The notes under the pieces were generated by a model. It saw nothing but the letters and a program-made list of their open reading frames with translations, made no database searches and was not told the origin of the DNA. Below, one piece after another: positions 21,396 to 30,182 of a stretch of 64,000 bases of DNA (position 1 is the first letter of the stretch; each line of letters starts with the position of its first letter). Source of the DNA: Candidatus Latescibacterota bacterium (GTDB lineage Bacteria > Krumholzibacteriota > Krumholzibacteriia > LZORAL124-64-63); NCBI GenBank assembly GCA_030658975.1, contig JAUSBL010000112.1:14248-78247 (forward strand), given 5' to 3'. A program made the translations under genes and the position numbers.

Positions 21396-23156
21396 ATGCT
21401 GGTCTCCCTGCGCATCTCCCAGTTCGGTCTGGTCGACGACCTGGTCCTGGCGGTCGCGCCGGGCCTGACCATGCTGACGGGCGAAACGGGCGCCGGCAAG
21501 TCGATGATCGCCGGCGCGCTGTCCGTGCTGACGGGCGCCCCGGTGCCCAAGGACCTCGTGCGCGAGGGCGAGGACGAGGCCTACGTCGAAGGCGTCTTCG
21601 ATCTCGCCGAACGGCCCCGGACCCTGAGCCGGCTGCGCGAGGCCGGCGTGCTGCCGGGCGCCGACGGCATCCTGGTGATCCGCCGCGAGCTGCGCCGCGC
21701 CGGGCGCAACCGCGTGCTCATCAACGGCATCCTCTCCTCGCTCCAGGTGCTGGATCAGATCGGGCCGTTGCTGATCTCGGTGCAGAGCCAGGACCAGCAG
21801 CGGGATCTGGAACGCTCCGGCCACGCCCGGGATCTGCTGGACGAGCTCGGCGGCGGCCTGGCCCAGCGCGCCGCCGTCCGGTCGGCCTGGGCGGCGTGGC
21901 AGCAGGCCGCCACGGAACTCGCCGACCGGCGCCGCGACGTCGCGGCGGGCCGCGAGCAGCTCGTCCTGTGGCGGTACCAGCGCGACGAACTCGAGGCGGC
22001 GGGCCTGCGGGAAGGGGAAGAGGCGGAGATCGCCGAGTCCCTGACCGTCGCCCGACACGCCGCGGAACTCCAGTCGGCGGCGGCCGCCGCCCACGAGGCG
22101 GTGACCGACGAGGAGCGCGGCGCCGTCGCGCGACTGGCCCGCGCCGCCCGCGAACTCGAGCGGCAGTCCGGCCGCAGCAGCCGCCTGGCGGGAGCCCTGG
22201 AGAATCTGCGCGACGCCGAGGACCTGGCCGGCGAAGCGGCCCGGGTCCTCGAGCGCTTCCTGGACGGCTTCGACGCCGGCCCCGAGGACCTCGAAGCGCT
22301 GGAGAGCCGGGCCCAGCTCTACCAGGATCTCCAGCGCAAGTACCGCTGCGACGTCGCGGAACTGAACGACCTTCTGGTGCGCCTGCGCGAGCGCGTGAGC
22401 CGCCAGGAAGCCGCAGACGACGATCTGGCCGGTCTGGAGAACGCCCTGGACGAGGCCGGCCGGACGCTGGCGCGGGCCTGCTCCGAACTGCGGCGGCTGC
22501 GCCGGGGCGCCGCCCCGGGGTTGGCGAGGGCCGCGGAGGATCTGATCCGTCCCCTGGCCCTGCCCGATCTCGCGCTCGAGTTCCGCGTGACGCCGCGGCT
22601 CGATCCCGACGGTCCCCTGCAGATCGACGGCGCGTCCTGCCGCCTGCAGACCGACGGCGCCGACGACGTGGACCTTTTCGCCCGCACGAATCCCGGCGAG
22701 AAGGCGGCGCCGGTGGCGGCGATCGCCTCGGGGGGCGAGAAGTCGCGCATCCACCTCGGTCTGACGGTCCTGCGCCGGCGCGACGAGGAGCCGCCCCTGC
22801 TGCTCTTCGACGAGGTCGACGCCGGCCTCGGCATGGACAACGCCCTGCCGGTGGCGGGGCTGCTGCGGCGGCTCGCGGCGGGGGCGCAGGTGGTCTGCAT
22901 CACCCACCTGCCGACGATGGCGGTCCACGGCGGCGTCCACTGGCTGGCGAACAAGGGCCTGGTGGGCGGTCGCACCCTGCTGGACGTCGCGGTCCTGGAT
23001 CCGGCCAACCGGGTGGACGAGATCGCCCGGCTGCTCGGCGGCGCCGGGATCAAGGGGGGCGCCGAGACCCAGCGGTCGTACGCCCGCGACCTGCTGCGCG
23101 AAGCCGGGCACGAGGTCCCCGCCGGCGGCCAACGCGGCCGGGTAAAAGCCGGTTGA
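21396..23156 (+). CDS. recN: DNA repair protein RecN
   Basis: MLVSLRISQFGLVDDL...LTGETGAGKSMI Walker A, SMC-like coiled coil, C-terminal LLLFDEVDAGLG. nadK-recN adjacency. Confidence 0.9.
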   Translation: MLVSLRISQFGLVDDLVLAVAPGLTMLTGETGAGKSMIAGALSVLTGAPVPKDLVREGEDEAYVEGVFDLAERPRTLSRLREAGVLPGADGILVIRRELRRAGRNRVLINGILSSLQVLDQIGPLLISVQSQDQQRDLERSGHARDLLDELGGGLAQRAAVRSAWAAWQQAATELADRRRDVAAGREQLVLWRYQRDELEAAGLREGEEAEIAESLTVARHAAELQSAAAAAHEAVTDEERGAVARLARAARELERQSGRSSRLAGALENLRDAEDLAGEAARVLERFLDGFDAGPEDLEALESRAQLYQDLQRKYRCDVAELNDLLVRLRERVSRQEAADDDLAGLENALDEAGRTLARACSELRRLRRGAAPGLARAAEDLIRPLALPDLALEFRVTPRLDPDGPLQIDGASCRLQTDGADDVDLFARTNPGEKAAPVAAIASGGEKSRIHLGLTVLRRRDEEPPLLLFDEVDAGLGMDNALPVAGLLRRLAAGAQVVCITHLPTMAVHGGVHWLANKGLVGGRTLLDVAVLDPANRVDEIARLLGGAGIKGGAETQRSYARDLLREAGHEVPAGGQRGRVKAG

Positions 23157-23197
23157 CCCCCGAAGTTCCAGCGGCGATACTAGCTGCCGCTCATCGT

Positions 23198-23274
23198 GCG
23201 CCCGTAGCTCAGCTGGATAGAGCGCTTGCCTCCGGAGCAAGAGGTCGTGGGTTCGAATCCCGCCGGGCGTACCA
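23198..23274 (+). tRNA. tRNA-Arg (anticodon CCG)
   Basis: GCGCCCGTAGCTCAGCTGGATAGAGCGCTTGCCTCCGGAGCAAGAGGTCGTGGGTTCGAATCCCGCCGGGCGTACCA. Confidence 0.85.
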
Positions 23275-23379
23275 GAACTCGAATCAGGGCTTGGGGTTTC
23301 TGGATGGACCGGAGCCCCTAGTCTTCTATGGCCGGGAACTGCCGGCCGGCCTTGTGCACGGAGCGCGCAGGAGGGCAGC

Positions 23380-23733
23380 GTGAGCGACCACGGTCGTCCC
23401 AACCACTCGCGCTTCGCCGAGAATTCCGACGCGTTCCCGCTGCGACAGGCGTTGCGCTGCCGCGACGAGTTGATCCAGACCGTCATCAAAACCGCCCTTT
23501 CGGCCGTCCTGGCCTGCCTACTGGTCAGTTTCGGGCTTTCGGCCCACCGCCTTTTCGATCACCACCGCGCCAAGGCGGGTGTCTGGGGCGAGGTCCTGCT
23601 GCTGGGCGTGGTCGGTTTCGTCCTGTTGTTGACGGTCCGCGGCGTCGTACTTAATTTGTTAAGTTTCAAGGGGTTGATAGGGGAGTGGCGCCTGTGGAGC
23701 GCCCGTGCGCGTACGGGTTGGGACGGTTCCTAG
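23380..23733 (+). CDS. hypothetical small membrane protein (two predicted TM helices)
   Basis: GTG start 7 nt after GCAGGAGGG. Two hydrophobic helices. No recognisable family. Confidence 0.4.
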   Translation: MSDHGRPNHSRFAENSDAFPLRQALRCRDELIQTVIKTALSAVLACLLVSFGLSAHRLFDHHRAKAGVWGEVLLLGVVGFVLLLTVRGVVLNLLSFKGLIGEWRLWSARARTGWDGS

Positions 23734-23747
23734 AGCGCCGGGGCTTG

Positions 23748-23763
23748 TGGCATTCTCCTTGCT
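23748..23763 (+). promoter_or_regulatory. sigma-54-type (-24/-12) promoter TGGCAT-N5-TTGCT upstream of the EPS gene cluster
   Basis: Matches the TGGCAC-N5-TTGCW consensus (GG and GC spaced correctly), about 80 nt upstream of the UDP-sugar dehydrogenase start. An NtrC-family activator is encoded in the same cluster (28220). Confidence 0.45.
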
Positions 23764-23844
23764 TTTCGCGATCGGTTGCGCCGGTATGCCAGTCGCGGAC
23801 GCCGTCCGCCGCTTCCCGGCGCCAGAAAACAGAAGAGGATGGGG

Positions 23845-25140
23845 ATGATGATCCAGGAGAAGTTCCAGAATCGCTCCGCGCACCTCGCGGTCATCGGTCT
23901 CGGCTACGTGGGCCTGCCGCTGGCGATCGAGTACTGCAAGGCGGGCTTCAAGGTCACGGGCATCGAACTGGATGAGGGCAAGGTCGCGGCCCTGAACCGC
24001 GGCGACAGCTACATCATCGACGTGCCCGCGGCCGACGTGAAGGCCGCCGTCGACGCCGGCCTGCTGCGCGCGACGACCTCGCCCGACGTCCTGTCGCACT
24101 GCGACAGCGTGAACATCTGCGTGCCGACTCCCCTGAGCAAGACGCACGACCCCGACATGAGCTTCATCCAGTCGGCCGTCGACGTCATCGCGCCGCGCCT
24201 GCACCCCGGGATGCTGGTGATCCTGGAGAGCACGACCTACCCCGGGACCTGCGAAGAGGTCATCCTGCCGCGCCTGCACGAGGGCGGTCTGGTCGTCGGC
24301 AAGGACTTCCACCTCGCGTTCTCGCCGGAGCGCGTCGATCCGGGCAACCCGGTCTACCAGACCCGCAACATCCCGAAGGTCGTCGGCGGCGTGACGCCCG
24401 CCTGCACCGCGGCGGCCGCGGCCCTTTACGGCCAGGTCATGGACCGGGTGGTCCCGGTCAGCAACGCGCGCGTCGCCGAGACGGTGAAGCTGCTCGAGAA
24501 CACCTTCCGCAGCGTGAACATCGGGATGGTCAACGAGATCGCCCTGATGTGCGACTCGATGGACATCGACGTCTGGGAGGTCATCGACGCCGCGTCCACG
24601 AAGCCCTTCGGCTTCATGCCCTTCTACCCCGGCCCCGGTCTGGGCGGCCACTGCATCCCCATCGATCCGTTCTACTTCTCGTGGAAGGCCCGCCAGTTCG
24701 GCATGGAGGCGCGCTTCATCGAGCTGGCCGGCCAGGTCAACGGCGCCATGCCCCGCCACGTGGCCGGACTGGTGGCCGAGGCGCTCAACAGCGTCGAGCG
24801 CTCCGTCAAGGGCAGCCGCGTGCTGTGCGTCGGGGTGGCCTACAAGCCCGACATCGACGACGTGCGGGAATCGCCGGCCCTGGATATCATGGAGCTGCTC
24901 CACAAGCGCGGGGCCGTGGTGACGTGGTTCGACCCGCACGTGTCGTCCCTCCACGGCTTCGAGTCGATGCCGCGGCTGGAGTCCTGGGACGCGGCCTCCC
25001 TGAAGAAGTTCGACGCGGCGGTGATCGTCACCCCGCACCGGAACGTCGACCACACGCTGCTGCTGAAGACCGGCAAGCCGGTCATCGACACGCGCAATGC
25101 GCTGAAGGGCCACCGGAGCGAGCATTTGTTCAAACTGTAG
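23845..25140 (+). CDS. nucleotide-sugar 6-dehydrogenase (UDP-N-acetyl-D-glucosamine/mannosamine dehydrogenase, WbpA/WecC-like)
   Basis: N-terminal Rossmann VIGLGYVGLPLA, central and C-terminal UDPG_MGDP_dh domains. Start chosen 5 nt after AAGAGGA; ATG 23839 is an alternative. Confidence 0.85.
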   Translation: MMIQEKFQNRSAHLAVIGLGYVGLPLAIEYCKAGFKVTGIELDEGKVAALNRGDSYIIDVPAADVKAAVDAGLLRATTSPDVLSHCDSVNICVPTPLSKTHDPDMSFIQSAVDVIAPRLHPGMLVILESTTYPGTCEEVILPRLHEGGLVVGKDFHLAFSPERVDPGNPVYQTRNIPKVVGGVTPACTAAAAALYGQVMDRVVPVSNARVAETVKLLENTFRSVNIGMVNEIALMCDSMDIDVWEVIDAASTKPFGFMPFYPGPGLGGHCIPIDPFYFSWKARQFGMEARFIELAGQVNGAMPRHVAGLVAEALNSVERSVKGSRVLCVGVAYKPDIDDVRESPALDIMELLHKRGAVVTWFDPHVSSLHGFESMPRLESWDAASLKKFDAAVIVTPHRNVDHTLLLKTGKPVIDTRNALKGHRSEHLFKL

Positions 25141-25162
25141 TTCGGGGAACACGGAGGGTCGA

Positions 25163-26101
25163 ATGAAGCATTGCCTGGTGACCGGCGGCGCCGGTTTCAT
25201 CGGATCGCATCTCACGGCGGCCCTGGTCGCGCGCGGCGACCGGGTCACGGTCCTGGACAACCTGTCCACCGGCAAGCTCGCCAACCTGGCGGCCGTCCGG
25301 GACGGGATCACGTTCGTGGAGGGATCGATCACCGATCCGGAAACCGCCCGGCGCTGCTGCGAGGGCGTCGACGTCGTCTTCCACCAGGCCGCCCTGGCCT
25401 CGGTGCCGCGCAGCGTCGACGACCCGCTCACCTCGCACCTGCACAACGTCGACGGCACGCTGAACCTGCTGGTCGCCGCCCGCGACGCCGGCGTCAAGCG
25501 GCTGGTCTACGCGGCCAGCAGCTCGGCCTACGGCGATTCGCCCAGCCTGCCCAAGCGCGAGGACATGCGGTACGACCCGATGTCCCCGTACGCGGTGCAG
25601 AAGTACGTGGGCGAGCTCTACCTCGCGGTGTTCGCGCGCCTGTACGGGTTGAGCTGCGTCGGCCTGCGCTACTTCAACGTGTTCGGGCCGCGGCAGGACC
25701 CCCAGAGCCAGTACGCGGCCGTCGTGCCCATCTTCATCACGCGCCTGCTGGCGGGGGAGGCGCCCGTCATCAACGGCGACGGCACCTTCTCGCGCGATTT
25801 CACGTACATCGACAACGTGGTGCACGCCAACCTCTGCGCGGCCGAGGCGCCGGATCCGGGCGGCCGCACCGTGAACGTGGCCTGCGGGGACCGCTTCTCG
25901 CTCAACGAGCTGTACGCGCTGATCCAGCGCCACGCCGGTTCGGACCTGCCGGCGATCCACGGGCCCGCGCGCGCGGGCGACGTGCCGCACTCGCAGGCCG
26001 ACATCTCGCTGGCCCGCGAAGTGATCGGTTACGAGCCCCAGGTCGCCTTCACCACCGGCCTGGCGCGCACCGTGGCCTGGTCTCGGGAACAGAAGGTCTG
26101 A
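25163..26101 (+). CDS. NAD-dependent nucleotide-sugar epimerase (WbpP-like UDP-GlcNAc C4-epimerase family)
   Basis: VTGGAGFIGSHL, YAASSSAYGDS, YAVQKYVGE catalytic YxxxK. SD ACGGAGGG. Confidence 0.85.
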   Translation: MKHCLVTGGAGFIGSHLTAALVARGDRVTVLDNLSTGKLANLAAVRDGITFVEGSITDPETARRCCEGVDVVFHQAALASVPRSVDDPLTSHLHNVDGTLNLLVAARDAGVKRLVYAASSSAYGDSPSLPKREDMRYDPMSPYAVQKYVGELYLAVFARLYGLSCVGLRYFNVFGPRQDPQSQYAAVVPIFITRLLAGEAPVINGDGTFSRDFTYIDNVVHANLCAAEAPDPGGRTVNVACGDRFSLNELYALIQRHAGSDLPAIHGPARAGDVPHSQADISLAREVIGYEPQVAFTTGLARTVAWSREQKV

Positions 26102-26135
26102 TCCGTCCGGCGCCGCCGGAACCGGGAGGAAACCC

Positions 26136-27116
26136 ATGAATCGCCGCACGCTCTGCCTGCTCGCTGTGCTGCTGCTCGCCATCGCGACCATGGCCACGGC
26201 CCAGGCGCCCGCCGGTACGGAGGAACCCCTCGTCACTCCGGTCCAGCCGCCCGCCGCCTACCGTCTCGGCAGCGGCGACGTGGTCCAGCTGAACGTCCTG
26301 CAGCAGCCGACGCTCGACCGCAGCCTCACGGTCCGTCCCGACGGCACCGCGGTGGTGCCGCTGGTCGGCGAGGTGCAGATTGCGGGACTGACCATGCGCG
26401 AGGCCGAGCAGCTCGTGCGGGAGAAGTTGCGCCTCTTCAACCGCGAGATCTCCGACGTCTCGTTGACCGTGATGCAGTACAACGCCCTGCGCGTCTACAT
26501 CCTGGGATCGGTCGCGAATCCCGGCAGCTACACGTTCCAGACGGCGCCGACGCTCTGGGACGTCCTGCGCGCCGCGGGCGGTCCCGCGCCCGACGCCAAC
26601 CTCACGCAGGTGCGCGTGGTGGCCGAAGGGACGGGCGAGACCATGTCCTCGGTCCACGACGTCAGCGGCATCATCACCGGCAGCGGAACCGCGTCGCCGG
26701 TGGCACTGAACGCCGGAGACACGGTGATCGTGCCGGGGAGCGCGATGGCGCAGGTGGCGCCGGCGCGGGGCGTCCAGGTGTTCGGCGGCGTGGCCGCGCC
26801 CGGGACGTACCTCATCAACGAACCGACGCGCCTGATGACCGTGCTGATGCTCGCCGGCGCGCCCATCGAGACCGGCGACCTCAAGAAGGTCTGGTGGGTC
26901 CATTCCGATGAGCAGGGCCGCTACACGTCGCGGCCCGTTGATCTCGTCGCCTTCCTGCAGCGCGGCGATCTGGCCGGCAATCCCCGGGTCTACCCCGGGG
27001 ACACGGTCCAGGTCCCCCAGCACTCGCCCGGATTCTTCCGGACGTACTTCCCGATCCTCCTGGGCACCATCTCGACGGCGGCAGCCGTCTCGATCGCCCT
27101 GACCCGCCTCAACTGA
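26136..27116 (+). CDS. polysaccharide export protein (Wza/EpsA-like: Poly_export plus SLBB domains), signal peptide
   Basis: Signal peptide, YRLGSGDVVQLNV...PDGTAVVPLVGEVQIAGLT, SLBB-like repeats. SD GGGAGGAA. Confidence 0.75.
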   Translation: MNRRTLCLLAVLLLAIATMATAQAPAGTEEPLVTPVQPPAAYRLGSGDVVQLNVLQQPTLDRSLTVRPDGTAVVPLVGEVQIAGLTMREAEQLVREKLRLFNREISDVSLTVMQYNALRVYILGSVANPGSYTFQTAPTLWDVLRAAGGPAPDANLTQVRVVAEGTGETMSSVHDVSGIITGSGTASPVALNAGDTVIVPGSAMAQVAPARGVQVFGGVAAPGTYLINEPTRLMTVLMLAGAPIETGDLKKVWWVHSDEQGRYTSRPVDLVAFLQRGDLAGNPRVYPGDTVQVPQHSPGFFRTYFPILLGTISTAAAVSIALTRLN

Positions 27117-27127
27117 CGTCCGAACGG

Positions 27128-27163
27128 AAGCCCCTATCCAACAAGGGGATAGGGGCTTCCTTC
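27128..27163 (+). terminator. strong hairpin (14-bp perfect stem GGAAGCCCCTATCC/GGATAGGGGCTTCC) after the export gene; weak U-tract
   Basis: Perfect 14-bp inverted repeat 12 nt after the stop. It is followed by TTCTCC rather than a T-run, so it may be rho-dependent or an RNA-stabilising element. Confidence 0.4.
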
Positions 27164-27207
27164 TCCGCCGATCACCGCTCAAGAAATTCGACCGCCGGCC
27201 GATAATC

Positions 27208-27236
27208 TTGAAGGCCGGCCCGGAATCCTGTATGAT
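27208..27236 (+). promoter_or_regulatory. putative sigma-70 promoter TTGAAG-N17-TATGAT upstream of the priming sugar transferase
   Basis: TTGAAG at 27208-27213, 17-nt spacer, TATGAT at 27231-27236, about 100 nt before the GTG at 27339. Confidence 0.35.
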
Positions 27237-27338
27237 CGTGGCATCCTCGCCCGAGGGATGTGATGTCGCCGGACCCGGCTGACGTGCGCCACCACGGCGC
27301 CGGCCGCGCGTCACTTGTAGGGGAAGCGAGGTCATCGC

Positions 27339-28121
27339 GTGCGCGTCGAGAACGATCCGTTCCGTGCAGAAGTACGGCACGACCGGCAACCTCTGCGGAC
27401 CTCCCTGGTCGGCGACGGTCTGCTCGAGCCGCTGCACGGTCTTGACGACCAGCTCGTCGCCGAGCGGGCGGTGGCTTACGCCCGGGGGATCAAACGCGGG
27501 ATCGACGTGGGTCTGGCGATCGTGGCCCTGGCGGTCTTCGCGGTGTTCCTGCCGCTGATCGCGCTGGCCATCAAGCTCGACTCGCGCGGCCCGATCTTCT
27601 TCCTGCAGTCCCGCATCGGCATCGACCGCCGCCAGCGGCGTTCGCCCTGCCCTTCCTGCCCCGAGCGTCGCCGCGTCGTCTATCCAGGTCGCCCTTTCCG
27701 GATCTACAAGCTGCGCACCATGCGCCAGGACGCCGAGGCGCACGGGCCGCAGTGGGCGGCGAAATGCGACGACCGCGTCACCCGCGTCGGCCGCGTCCTG
27801 CGCAAGACGCGCCTCGACGAGTTCCCGCAGTTCGTCAACGTGCTGCGCGGCGAGATGAGCGTCATCGGGCCGCGCCCCGAACGGCTCTGCTTCATCCGCC
27901 AGCTGGAAAACGACGTGCCCTGCTACCACGACCGGCTGATCGTGCTGCCCGGCATCACCGGTCTCGCCCAGGTCATCAACGGCTACGACACGGACGTCGA
28001 ATCGGTCCGCCGCAAGGTCGCCCTCGACCGCCAGTACATCAGCACGCTCAGCCTGCGGACCGACCTGCGGATCCTGGCCCTGACCTTCCGGGTCCTGCTC
28101 CAGGGCGAAGGCGCCCACTGA
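27339..28121 (+). CDS. polyprenyl-phosphate sugar-1-phosphate transferase (bacterial sugar transferase, WbaP/EpsZ C-terminal-domain type)
   Basis: GTG start after GGGGAAGCGAGG. Conserved [32 protein letters not shown] and GITGLAQV motifs. Carries a roughly 20-aa Arg/Cys-rich insertion ([20 protein letters not shown]). Confidence 0.8.
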   Translation: MRVENDPFRAEVRHDRQPLRTSLVGDGLLEPLHGLDDQLVAERAVAYARGIKRGIDVGLAIVALAVFAVFLPLIALAIKLDSRGPIFFLQSRIGIDRRQRRSPCPSCPERRRVVYPGRPFRIYKLRTMRQDAEAHGPQWAAKCDDRVTRVGRVLRKTRLDEFPQFVNVLRGEMSVIGPRPERLCFIRQLENDVPCYHDRLIVLPGITGLAQVINGYDTDVESVRRKVALDRQYISTLSLRTDLRILALTFRVLLQGEGAH

Positions 28122-28219
28122 CCGACCCCGCCCGTTCCACCGCGACAACTCGGCCTTGCCAGGAACGTGCCGCCCCTCGATAATCGCGCCGGAGTCCGCC
28201 GCAAACCGCCGGAGGTGAG

Positions 28220-29656
28220 ATGTCCGCCCAGCTGCTCGTGGTCGATGACCAGGCCTCCATCCTGCAGTTCCTGCGTCAGACCCTCGCCCACGAGGGGCAT
28301 GTCGTCCACACGGCGGCCAACGGCGAAGAGGCCCTGGCGGCCGTCCACGAGCAGATCCCCGACCTGGTCCTGCTGGACATGGTCCTGCCCGATCGCCACG
28401 GCCTGGAAGTCCTGCGCGAGATCCACGCCCGGTTCCCGCGGATGTGCGTGATCCTCATGAGCGCCCACATCGACCTCGAGACGGCGGTCGACGCCATGCG
28501 CGGCGGCGCCTTCGACGTGATCCGCAAACCGTTCAAGATCGATCAGCTGCATCTGGCCATCCGGCGCGGCCTCGCCGCGACGCGCGACGCCGCCGAACTC
28601 GCCGCCCTGCGCCGGCGGGACCAGGGCTTCGCCAGGACGCCGGGCATGGTGCTGAGCACGGCCCCTGCGATGCAGGAAATCTACGCCACGGTCCGCAAGA
28701 TCGCGCAGGGGGAGAAGACCTCCATCCTGATCGAGGGCGAGTCCGGCGTGGGGAAGGACGTGCTGGCCAACCTGATCCACGCCAGTTCGCCGCGCAGCGA
28801 CAAGGCCTTCCTGGAGATCAACTGCGCCGCCCTGCCCGAGAAGCTGCTCGAGAGCGAGCTGTTCGGCCACGAGCAGGGCGCCTTCACCGACGCCGGACAG
28901 CTCAAGCAGGGGCTGCTGGAACTCGCCCACCACGGCACGGTGTTCCTGGACGAGATCGGCGAGATGTCCGTGACCCTGCAGGTGAAGCTGCTGCGCGTCC
29001 TGGAGCGTCAGGTCTTCCGCCGCGTGGGCGGGCTCAAGGACATCACGGTGGACGTGCGCCTCATTTCCGCGACGAACCGCGACCTGTCGGCCATGGTGCG
29101 CGCCGGGACGTTCCGGGAGGACCTCTACTACCGGCTCAAGGTGGTCCCTTTGCGTATGCCGTCGCTGCGGGAGCGGCCCGAGGACATCCTGCCCCTCGCG
29201 GATCACTTCCTGCGGATCTACGCGCTGCAGTTCCACAAGCGCCTGACCGGTCTGACCCCGGACGCCGTCGGCGCCCTGCTGGCCTACCCCTGGCCCGGGA
29301 ACATCCGCGAACTGCGCAACGTGATCGAGCGCGCCGTGCTGCTGGGGGAGGGGGAGGCCCTCGACGCCGTCCAGTTGAATTTGCCCGACGCCCATTTGCC
29401 CGATGCACAGGGGGTGTCGCCCGTTCCGAGCCAGGATCTCTCCGCCCTGCTGGGCGGACCCCTGCCGGCGGCCGGGTTGCGGTTGGAGGAGACGCTCGCC
29501 GCGGCCGAGGAGCGCTGCGTGCGCCAGGCGTTGGTCCAGGCGAGCGGCAATCAGACCCGCGCGGCCGAACTGCTGGGCATGAATCGCGATAAGTTGCGAT
29601 ACAGATTGAAGATGTATAAAATCAGTGAGGATGTGCGTGAACCTGCGGACAATTGA
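28220..29656 (+). CDS. sigma-54-dependent response regulator, NtrC family (REC, AAA+ and Fis-type HTH)
   Basis: REC domain (LLVVDDQ...DLVLLDMVLPD), Walker A GESGVGKDVLA, GAFTDA, C-terminal HTH AAELLGMNRDKLRYRLKMY. Confidence 0.9.
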   Translation: MSAQLLVVDDQASILQFLRQTLAHEGHVVHTAANGEEALAAVHEQIPDLVLLDMVLPDRHGLEVLREIHARFPRMCVILMSAHIDLETAVDAMRGGAFDVIRKPFKIDQLHLAIRRGLAATRDAAELAALRRRDQGFARTPGMVLSTAPAMQEIYATVRKIAQGEKTSILIEGESGVGKDVLANLIHASSPRSDKAFLEINCAALPEKLLESELFGHEQGAFTDAGQLKQGLLELAHHGTVFLDEIGEMSVTLQVKLLRVLERQVFRRVGGLKDITVDVRLISATNRDLSAMVRAGTFREDLYYRLKVVPLRMPSLRERPEDILPLADHFLRIYALQFHKRLTGLTPDAVGALLAYPWPGNIRELRNVIERAVLLGEGEALDAVQLNLPDAHLPDAQGVSPVPSQDLSALLGGPLPAAGLRLEETLAAAEERCVRQALVQASGNQTRAAELLGMNRDKLRYRLKMYKISEDVREPADN

Positions 29657-30182
29657 ACGGCGGCGTCGCGTGGCGTCGGTTCCGGTCGTGGCCGGCCTGG
29701 CGGTTCTGGTCGCCCTGGCCGGTGGTTGCGGCGTCTATTCCACGAGCAGCGGGCGCGTCGACGAGTCGCTGCGCTGGGTGAACGTGCCGTACCTGGAGAA
29801 CGCCACCGCCGAGCCCAACATCGAGATCGAGCTGACCGAGGCCATCATCACCGCGCTGCAGGACGACAACACCCTGAAGGTGGTGGGTCTCGAGGCGGCC
29901 CGCACCGAGCTGGCCGGCCGCGTGGTCGGCTACACGCTGCGCGAGGCGTTCACCACGGCCACCGGCGGCAACATGCAGGTCGACGAATACCAGGTGCAGA
30001 TCGCCGTCGAGTTGACCATGCGGCGCCTGGACGGCGGCGAGAACGTTTTCACCCGCAAACGGATCAACGGCAGCGGCAACTTCATCCTCGGCGACGGCGC
30101 CACCAGCGAACTGACGGCCCGCTCGGAAGCGGCCGCCGAGATCGTGCGCGAGGTCCTGGGCCTGATCGTGGAGGATTGGTGA
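29631..30182 (+). CDS. LptE-like lipoprotein (LPS-assembly lipoprotein family)
   Basis: Lipobox LAGGC and a roughly 180-aa size. Sits immediately upstream of holA as lptE does in many proteobacteria. Start ATG 29631 (alt GTG 29625) overlaps the 3' end of the regulator gene. Confidence 0.5.
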   Translation: MCVNLRTIERRRRVASVPVVAGLAVLVALAGGCGVYSTSSGRVDESLRWVNVPYLENATAEPNIEIELTEAIITALQDDNTLKVVGLEAARTELAGRVVGYTLREAFTTATGGNMQVDEYQVQIAVELTMRRLDGGENVFTRKRINGSGNFILGDGATSELTARSEAAAEIVREVLGLIVEDW

